The position numbers were made by a program, and so were the translations under genes. The notes beneath the pieces are model-generated. The model made no database searches and had not been told where the DNA came from. It worked only from the letters and a program-made list of their open reading frames with translations. Positions 34,595 through 40,400 of a stretch of DNA of 48,666 bases are shown here, piece after piece. Origin of the DNA: a bacterium (GTDB lineage Bacteria > Patescibacteriota > Minisyncoccia > Phycocordibacterales > Phycocordibacteraceae); contig JAJYQV010000038.1 of the NCBI GenBank assembly GCA_021794425.1, positions 1 through 48,666 of the forward strand. Direction: 5' to 3'. Position 1 is the stretch's first letter, and every line of letters starts with the position of its first letter.

Positions 34595-35287
34595 GTGACA
34601 ACCCCCAAACCGGTCGCAGTGTTCGACATCGACGGGACGATCTTCCGTTCGTCGCTCTTGATCGAGCTCGTGGAGCGGCTCATCGCCGAGCGGGTGTTTC
34701 CGCCAGAGACGCGGGACGCGTACGAAGATGTGTGGCAGCGCTGGCTCGACCGTCAGGGGCCGTACGAGGACTACATCATGAAGGTCGTTGAGCTCTTCCA
34801 ATCGCAGATCAAGGGCAAGCCGTATGAAGAAGTGGCAAATATCGCGGGCGAAGTGATCGAGGAGCAGCGCTTCCACACCTATCGCTACACGCGCGACCTG
34901 GTGAAAGAGCTCAAGGGGCAGGGGTACTACCTGCTCGCCGTTTCGCATTCGCCCAAGTTCATCGTGGATGGGTTCGCCTACGAGCTCGGCTTCGATAAGT
35001 CGTACGGACAGTTCTACAGCTCTGGCCCGTCCGACAACTTTACCGGCGAGGTGGAGGATCGCGAGCTCATCATGAACAAGGCTGCGGTGCTCACCCGCGC
35101 GGTGAGGAAGGAAGGGCTCTCGCTCGAAGGGTCGGTGGGCGTGGGCGATACCGAGAGCGACATCCCGATGCTCGAGATGGTGACGACGCCGATCGCCTTC
35201 AACCCCAACCAGGCGCTTTACACGCACGCCAAGCGCCGCGGCTGGAAAGTCGTCGTCGAGCGGAAGGACGTGGTCTACGACTTGTAG
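34595..35287 (+). CDS. HAD-superfamily (subfamily IB, SerB-like) hydrolase
   Basis: VAVFDIDGTIFRSS and GVGDTESDIPMLE motifs. GTG 34595 is favoured by the leaderless geometry. The ORF-track start 34547 remains possible. Confidence 0.78.
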   Translation: MTTPKPVAVFDIDGTIFRSSLLIELVERLIAERVFPPETRDAYEDVWQRWLDRQGPYEDYIMKVVELFQSQIKGKPYEEVANIAGEVIEEQRFHTYRYTRDLVKELKGQGYYLLAVSHSPKFIVDGFAYELGFDKSYGQFYSSGPSDNFTGEVEDRELIMNKAAVLTRAVRKEGLSLEGSVGVGDTESDIPMLEMVTTPIAFNPNQALYTHAKRRGWKVVVERKDVVYDL

Positions 35288-35547
35288 AGCTGGTGGTGCG
35301 TGCCGATGGCGCGGAGGTGGAGGGTCGTGGCGTTCGCCCATTTGTACACGAGGCGCACGTCGCCCGTAATGTTGATACTTCGGTATCCGTCAAACGGCGG
35401 GTTGAGTTTGTGATCGTTCAGGAGCGGGTGTGCCGCGTCTGTCACGAGTAATCGTATCCGGTCGCGCGCTTGGCGGCGGAGCGACACCGGGAACTTTTCG
35501 ATCTGTTTTACGAATGTACGGCTTCGGACGACCGTCACTTCGGTCAT
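35275..35547 (-). CDS. RelE/YafQ-family mRNA-interferase toxin
   Basis: 90 aa. ...HPLLNDHKLNPPFDGYRSINITGDVRLVY...IGTHHQLYKS. Its 3' end overlaps the HAD gene 3' end by 13 nt. Confidence 0.85.
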   Translation of the reverse strand: MTEVTVVRSRTFVKQIEKFPVSLRRQARDRIRLLVTDAAHPLLNDHKLNPPFDGYRSINITGDVRLVYKWANATTLHLRAIGTHHQLYKS

Positions 35548-35813
35548 ACGAGGTCAGCAAATGCCTCCTCGACGCTGTCGAAATACTCGACGTTCTTCCC
35601 CTCGGCAAGATCTTTTTCGCCCTGGATGAGGAGCCGCTTCAGGTAGGGGGTCGGCTCGAGTCCTTTGCCGGAGAATGTGATTTCCTGCTTCGCGACGAAT
35701 TTGCGCAGGTATTCGTTCAGGACGGCCGAAAACGGGATGCCCATGGCCTTGGCCGTCTTTTGCGCAGCCAGCTTGAGCTTCTTGTCGGTCTTGAATACGA
35801 CGGTAGTCTGCAT
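35544..35813 (-). CDS. RelB/DinJ-family (ribbon-helix-helix) antitoxin
   Basis: MQTTVVFKTDKKLKLAAQKTAKAMGIPFSAVLNEYL. 4-nt overlap with the toxin gene. Confidence 0.8.
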   Translation of the reverse strand: MQTTVVFKTDKKLKLAAQKTAKAMGIPFSAVLNEYLRKFVAKQEITFSGKGLEPTPYLKRLLIQGEKDLAEGKNVEYFDSVEEAFADLV

Positions 35814-35820
35814 ATACTGA

Positions 35821-35838
35821 AATATATACCCGGGTATA
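35821..35838 (-). promoter_or_regulatory. Predicted leaderless promoter plus palindromic operator of the DinJ/YafQ-like module
   Basis: TATATT on the minus strand (35821-35826) lies 7 nt before ATG 35813. A perfect 14-bp palindrome tatacccgggtata (35825-35838) overlaps it. Confidence 0.45.
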
Positions 35839-35862
35839 GGTGCTTGTCAACGCGCCGCGCGG

Positions 35863-35868
35863 TATCAT
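35863..35868 (+). promoter_or_regulatory. -10 hexamer TATCAT 6 nt before ATG 35875, predicted leaderless
   Basis: tatcat ctgggg ATG. Confidence 0.4.
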
Positions 35869-35874
35869 CTGGGG

Positions 35875-36729
35875 ATGACTATCGCGTCGTTCCGAAGAGT
35901 CGTGTGGGCGCACTACAAAAAGAATGGGCGGCACGAGCTGCCGTGGCGGAAGACGACTGACCCGTACAAGATTCTCGTCTCCGAGGTGATGCTCCAGCAG
36001 ACGCAGGTCGACCGCGTCGTGTCGTTTTACACGAGTTTCATCAAGCGGTTCCCGACGGCGCGCTCGCTTGCGAGCGCGCCGCTTTCAAAGGTGCTGAAGG
36101 CGTGGCAGGGGCTCGGTTACAACCGTCGGGCAAAGATGCTCCACGCGGCCGCAAAACAACTCTCAGATATTCATGTTTTGGCCTATAGGTCAAAACATGA
36201 ACGGTTGCAGACGGGAATGTTTAACCGTCCCAAGACGGTCGCGGATTTGGAGCAGTTGCCGGGAGTGGGGCCGTACACCGCCCGCGCGGTTGCGGCATTC
36301 GCCTGGAACGATCCGGTCGTGATGATTGAGACGAATATCCGCACAGCGGTCATTCATCACTTTTTCCCGAGGCGCGAGAAAGTGGGAGATGCGGAAATAG
36401 AATCAGTGTTGGCGCGCGCCCTGCCGAAGGACAGGGTGCGGGAGTGGTACTGGGCGCTCATGGACTACGGCGCGCACCTCAAGCGCTCGGGTATTTCGCA
36501 CAATGCGCGCACGAAAGGGTACGTGAAGCAATCGAGGTTTGCCGGGTCCGCGCGGCAAGCGCGCGGGGCGATACTGAAAGAATTGGCGCGCGGCTCTATA
36601 AGCGAGCCGCGCCTCCTCGGTCTCCTCGGCGACGACCGCCGCCCCCAGCTCCGCGCTGCGCTTCTCGCGCTGCTGACCGAGGGGTTCGTTGCGAAGCGCG
36701 GCCGCGCGTACGCGCTTGCGCAAAACTAG
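35875..36729 (+). CDS. MutY-like HhH-GPD DNA glycosylase, cysteine-free, with a winged-helix-like C-terminus
   Basis: LPWRKTTDPYKILVSEVMLQQTQV, GLGYNRRAKMLH, LPGVGPYTARAV. There is no Cys in the 284 aa. Confidence 0.82.
   Translation: MTIASFRRVVWAHYKKNGRHELPWRKTTDPYKILVSEVMLQQTQVDRVVSFYTSFIKRFPTARSLASAPLSKVLKAWQGLGYNRRAKMLHAAAKQLSDIHVLAYRSKHERLQTGMFNRPKTVADLEQLPGVGPYTARAVAAFAWNDPVVMIETNIRTAVIHHFFPRREKVGDAEIESVLARALPKDRVREWYWALMDYGAHLKRSGISHNARTKGYVKQSRFAGSARQARGAILKELARGSISEPRLLGLLGDDRRPQLRAALLALLTEGFVAKRGRAYALAQN
36169..36200 (+). repeat. 32-nt near-perfect palindrome lying in frame inside the mutY-like coding sequence
   Basis: ttcatgttttgGcctataggTcaaaacatgaa, with one G-T wobble. Sits in an AT-richer segment encoding SDIHVLAYRSKHERLQTGMFNRPK. 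Confidence 0.85.
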
Positions 36730-36778
36730 GACATCCGATGTCCTAGTTTTGCATGTGGGACATACTATGTCCCACATG
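36720..36778. repeat. Two adjacent perfect palindromes sharing a GGACAT..ATGTCC core, between convergent genes
   Basis: gcaaaactaggacat ccg atgtcctagttttgc (36720-36752) and catgtgggacata c tatgtcccacatg (36752-36778). Confidence 0.85.
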
Positions 36779-36788
36779 GGTGCGTTCT

Positions 36789-37961
36789 CTAGCGGAAGTC
36801 GCGGATGGAGAAAGCCGCGATGAGGCCGACGACGAGGAGGAAGCCGCCGGTCGCGGCGAAGAATCCGGAAAAACCGCTCACGAAGAGGACGCCCGCGCCC
36901 GCCAAGGGGCCGATGAGGTCTGCGAACGGCCAGAGCATGCGGTAGGCGGCGATTTCCTCCGTGTCTTCCTCGGAGACGCGCCGGAAGAAGTGCGAGTCGG
37001 TCATGCTCTCGACCAAGGCCGCGCCCGCGCGCGTGGCGAACAGGAGCGCCGCGATGGCAAGCGGAGACCATGCGTTTGTCACGAGCGCGAGCGCAACGAA
37101 CGAGACGCCCATCACGACAAAACCGGTCACGAGGAGCTCCTGGTCGCCCCACACGTTGTCGGCGAGCCAGCCGGCAGGATACTCGAAGAGCACGAACGGC
37201 AGGAGCATGAGCGAAAACATCCACCCGAGCTCGCTCCAGGGGAGGCCGAGCTTGGTGTGCAGATAGATGGGGACGTAGAGCGGCGCCCAGACGTAAAAGA
37301 GGTACAGCAAGAGGCGGGAGGCGCTCACCGCGAGGAGGTCACGGTTCCGAGCGATGGCGCTGAGCGCATCTCCGAGGCGGACTTTCTCGGGCGGCTTGCC
37401 TTCCGGGAGCTTGCGCGCGGCAAAGAGCACGATGAACGGCACGGAGATCGCGGCGGCCGCGAGGAAGATGCGCGCGTAGGCGTCGGTGTTGTCGAGGAGG
37501 CCGCCGAGGAGGAGCGGCGTCCCGAAACCGGCGACGTTATAGGCGGTCATGAAGAGCGTGCGCACGCGCCCGGTCACGCCCTCCTCGGCCACGGTGGCCT
37601 CAAGCATGATATCGAGGGTGTAGGAGAGGAACGGCTGTATCGCGATGAGGAGCGCGACGAAGACGGTCGCGCCGAAGGCGCCCGGCGCGGCCGCGAGCGC
37701 GAAGAGCGAAAACATCTGCGCGATGCCGAGCACGATCGCGAGCGACTGCGCGCCGAAGCGCTCGACCAGGTGCGGGAGGTAGAGGAAGAGGACGAGCGAG
37801 AGGGCCGCGCCGGCGGCCACCACGAGGCTCGCCGCGCTCTCGCTCATGAAGCGGGCGAGGTAGGGGAGGATGATGTAGACGACGAGCGTCGTCGCGATCG
37901 CGTAGAAGAAGTTGCCGACCGAGAGCGTGACGCGCGGATGCATGGGGGAATGGTAGCACAA
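36789..37961 (-). CDS. MFS transporter (paralog 1)
   Basis: 390 aa, about 12 TM segments. C-terminus ...AAFSIRDFR. Exact start uncertain. Confidence 0.85.
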   Translation of the reverse strand: MCYHSPMHPRVTLSVGNFFYAIATTLVVYIILPYLARFMSESAASLVVAAGAALSLVLFLYLPHLVERFGAQSLAIVLGIAQMFSLFALAAAPGAFGATVFVALLIAIQPFLSYTLDIMLEATVAEEGVTGRVRTLFMTAYNVAGFGTPLLLGGLLDNTDAYARIFLAAAAISVPFIVLFAARKLPEGKPPEKVRLGDALSAIARNRDLLAVSASRLLLYLFYVWAPLYVPIYLHTKLGLPWSELGWMFSLMLLPFVLFEYPAGWLADNVWGDQELLVTGFVVMGVSFVALALVTNAWSPLAIAALLFATRAGAALVESMTDSHFFRRVSEEDTEEIAAYRMLWPFADLIGPLAGAGVLFVSGFSGFFAATGGFLLVVGLIAAFSIRDFR

Positions 37962-38006
37962 GACTCTTCCTGCGTTCCTTCGCTTGGAATAGAACCCGAG
38001 CAGGCG

Positions 38007-39194
38007 CTAGCGGAAGTCGCGTATGGCGAATGTGATGACGACGCCGGAGAGAAGGATGAACGTGCCGACCACGAAGAAGAAGATCGGGTAGCTCCCGGTC
38101 ACGCCGACGATGACGGCTGGCACGATAGGAGCGATGACGTTCGCGATCGGCCACACGCCGCGGAAGATGCTCACCGAGGTCACGTCTTTCTCCGAGACGC
38201 GGCGGAAGAAGTGCCCCTCCGTCATGCTCTCGACGAGCGCGGCGCCGGCGCGCGTCGCGAGGAGCACTCCGACGACCGCCCACGCGGGAGAGTCCGCAGA
38301 GAGGAAGCCGACCGAGCCGAGCGCAGTACCCATCACGAGGAAGCCGGCGAACATGAGCTCCTTGTCGCCGAGGAACTTGTCGGCGAGCCAGCCTGCAGGG
38401 TACTCGATGAGCAGGTACGGGACGAGCATGACCGAGAACATCCATCCGAGCTCGCTCCACGGGATGCCGAGCACACCGTGGAGGTAGACTGGGATATAGA
38501 ACGGCGCCCAAATGTAGAAGAGGTAGAGGATGAGGTGGCCCACGGTGGCGGCGAGGAGGTCGCGGTCGCACCGGATGCAGGAGACCGACGCGCGGAGCTC
38601 TTCCTTCGTGGGCGCGCCGCCCTTAGGGAGGTCGCGCAGGCCGAAGAGGACGAGAAATGGCATGAGGGCCGCACCCGCCGCGAAGAAGACGAGCGTGTAG
38701 CTGTCAGTTCTCGCGAGGAGCGTACCGATGAGGAGCGGCGCGAGCAGGATGCCGAGGTTGCCGCCGTTCAGGAACATCGTACGCACGCGCCCGGTCGTGC
38801 CCTCGCGATCGACGGTCGCTTCAAGGAGGAGGTCGAGGCCATAGTAGACGAACGGCTGGAACGAGGCGACGAGCACGATGAAGATCATGCTCGCGATCGT
38901 CTGCGGTGCCGCCGCGGCAGCAAAGACGAGGAGCATGGAGACGAAGGTCGCGGCGAGCGCGAGCCGTTGCGCGCCGTAGCGCCGGACGAAGCGCGGGAGG
39001 AAGAGGAAGAGGACGGTGGCGATGAGGCCCCCGAGCGCGATCGCGAATCCGACGGCAGCTTGTGGGATGAACCCGAGTAGGTATGAGACGAACGTGTAGC
39101 TCACGAGGTTCATCGTGAGGGCGGTGAAGAAGTTGCCGAGGAAGAGGATCGTGCGCGCGCGCATGATGCGATGAAGCATACCATGCCGGTGCAA
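38007..39194 (-). CDS. MFS transporter (paralog 2, tandem)
   Basis: 395 aa. Shares blocks with paralog 1 such as GRVRT(L/M)F, PWSELGWMFS(L/V)ML(L/V)P, EYPAGWLAD, ATRAGAALVESMT and ...FAIRDFR. Confidence 0.85.
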   Translation of the reverse strand: MHRHGMLHRIMRARTILFLGNFFTALTMNLVSYTFVSYLLGFIPQAAVGFAIALGGLIATVLFLFLPRFVRRYGAQRLALAATFVSMLLVFAAAAAPQTIASMIFIVLVASFQPFVYYGLDLLLEATVDREGTTGRVRTMFLNGGNLGILLAPLLIGTLLARTDSYTLVFFAAGAALMPFLVLFGLRDLPKGGAPTKEELRASVSCIRCDRDLLAATVGHLILYLFYIWAPFYIPVYLHGVLGIPWSELGWMFSVMLVPYLLIEYPAGWLADKFLGDKELMFAGFLVMGTALGSVGFLSADSPAWAVVGVLLATRAGAALVESMTEGHFFRRVSEKDVTSVSIFRGVWPIANVIAPIVPAVIVGVTGSYPIFFFVVGTFILLSGVVITFAIRDFR

Positions 39195-39219
39195 CGGGCG
39201 GCGGAGAAATCCGGAACAA

Positions 39220-39246
39220 GCGCGGGCGGCTCCGCCGCCCGCGCGT
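39220..39246. repeat. GC hairpin, copy 1 of a 27-nt direct repeat flanking the RelE/Phd-like module
   Basis: gcgcgggcggcTCcgccgcccgcgcgt. Confidence 0.8.
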
Positions 39247-39251
39247 CTTTC

Positions 39252-39512
39252 CTACCCGTATATCGCGTGCGTGCCGACGTCGAGGAAGAGCACTTCGGTC
39301 TCGGAAAGGAAGATGAACTTGATGCGGTATTTGCGGTCGATACTGAATGCCCACGCACCGCGGTCCTTGCCGTGGAGCTTGTGCGTTTCGAGCGCCGGGT
39401 CGTGCGGGTTCTCTCGGAATATACGTTCCTTTTTCTTCGCGGACTCTTTCACGGGTTTCGCAAGCTTGCGGTACCGCTTATCGAAACGCGGCAGCGTACG
39501 AATCTCGAGCAT
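39252..39512 (-). CDS. RelE/YafQ-family toxin
   Basis: 86 aa. ...NPHDPALETHKLHGKDRGAWAFSIDRKYRIKFIF...VGTHAIYG. Confidence 0.85.
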   Translation of the reverse strand: MLEIRTLPRFDKRYRKLAKPVKESAKKKERIFRENPHDPALETHKLHGKDRGAWAFSIDRKYRIKFIFLSETEVLFLDVGTHAIYG

Positions 39513-39513
39513 G

Positions 39514-39741
39514 TCAGTCGAGATCGGCTAGGGAACGGAGCTTGCGCGTCTTGCCAGCGGCGTGCTCGCGCAGGCCTTCTTCGACAAGCTGGTCTAGCTC
39601 TTCGGCGGCTTTGCCGGTGAGGTAATACTCAGGCACGGCGCGCTCGGCAGCGCGGCGCAGGCTCTCGTATTCGGCGATCGGAAGGACGACGACGCCCTTA
39701 TCCTTCTCAGCGGCCTTCTTGAGTAGCGTGGCGGTGGTCAT
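39514..39741 (-). CDS. Phd/YefM-like antitoxin
   Basis: 75 aa. GVVVLPIAEYESLRRAAE. Internal ATG of ORF 39514-39918. Its stop lies 1 nt from the toxin start. Confidence 0.72.
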   Translation of the reverse strand: MTTATLLKKAAEKDKGVVVLPIAEYESLRRAAERAVPEYYLTGKAAEELDQLVEEGLREHAAGKTRKLRSLADLD

Positions 39742-39747
39742 AGCGAC

Positions 39748-39756
39748 ACTATACCA
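39748..39756 (-). promoter_or_regulatory. Extended -10 (TGgTATAGT on the minus strand) 6 nt before ATG 39741, predicted leaderless
   Basis: The reverse complement of actatacca is tggtatagt. Confidence 0.45.
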
Positions 39757-39763
39757 CAAATAC

Positions 39764-39790
39764 GCGCGGGCGGCTTCGCCGCCCGCGCGT
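39764..39790. repeat. GC hairpin, copy 2 of the 27-nt direct repeat
   Basis: gcgcgggcggcTTcgccgcccgcgcgt, with one loop difference from copy 1. Confidence 0.8.
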
Positions 39791-39847
39791 TTACGCGAAT
39801 CTGCTCGCAGCGGTAGAGTGCCGGCAGAGCAACTTGAGGAGATAGAA

Positions 39848-40123
39848 ATGGAAGGCCTCATCATTCCCGATGAACAGCTGGGGGTAGGGCAGCGAGTCAT
39901 CATCTTTTGCGGAAGCAAGCGTATTGACGATGCAAAGATAAAGCGTTTGGACGTAAGGAACGGCGAGATCGGTTTAGTAACTTGGAAGTCTCATACGACT
40001 CTGCTGACCCTCCCTACTGGATCGAAGGGCTTTGCTTTGAGTAAAAACGCGGCCGAGAGGCCGCGTTTCTTAGAAAAACAGAACGCGCGTCGCGGAGCGG
40101 CGCGCATTCTTCTTTGGTTTTGA
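39848..40123 (+). CDS. Doubtful small ORF (91 aa)
   Basis: GGAG lies 8 nt upstream of the ATG, but a terminator hairpin (40045-40068) sits inside the ORF. Confidence 0.3.
   Translation: MEGLIIPDEQLGVGQRVIIFCGSKRIDDAKIKRLDVRNGEIGLVTWKSHTTLLTLPTGSKGFALSKNAAERPRFLEKQNARRGAARILLWF
40045..40068 (-). terminator. Intrinsic terminator, better oriented for minus-strand transcripts coming from rnj
   Basis: aaacgcggcc gaga ggccgcgttt. On the minus strand it is followed by a T5 run. Confidence 0.6.
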
Positions 40124-40400
40124 GTCCTAGTCAGGAATCGACAGGTGCAAGGCGCGGGCGACCAATTTTACTTTGCCGTACTCGGCATTAGTAAAATGGA
40201 AGTACTCTTGTGGTGCGGCGAGCGAACGGAGACGTACTTTGACGTACGGCGCAGTGAGCGAGCGGGTGAGGAAGCGAATACTTGGAGCTTCCGCAAGGCC
40301 TTCCGAGCTGTTTTGCGAATATTTGGAGCAAAAGAGCCGGAAAGCGTACTGCTCCTGTAAGGAGACGCAGCGCCGCAGCTGCCGATTCCTGACGGATTCG

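Noticed and set aside
34406-35341. 311-aa minus-strand ORF
   Set aside because: It lies antisense to the HAD hydrolase gene, which has clear DxDGT and GDxxxD motifs.
36753-39080. 775-aa plus-strand ORF, the longest in the window
   Set aside because: It lies antisense to two convincing MFS transporter genes, and its translation is low-complexity Glu/Arg/Asp/His-rich. This is a typical shadow ORF of high-GC DNA.
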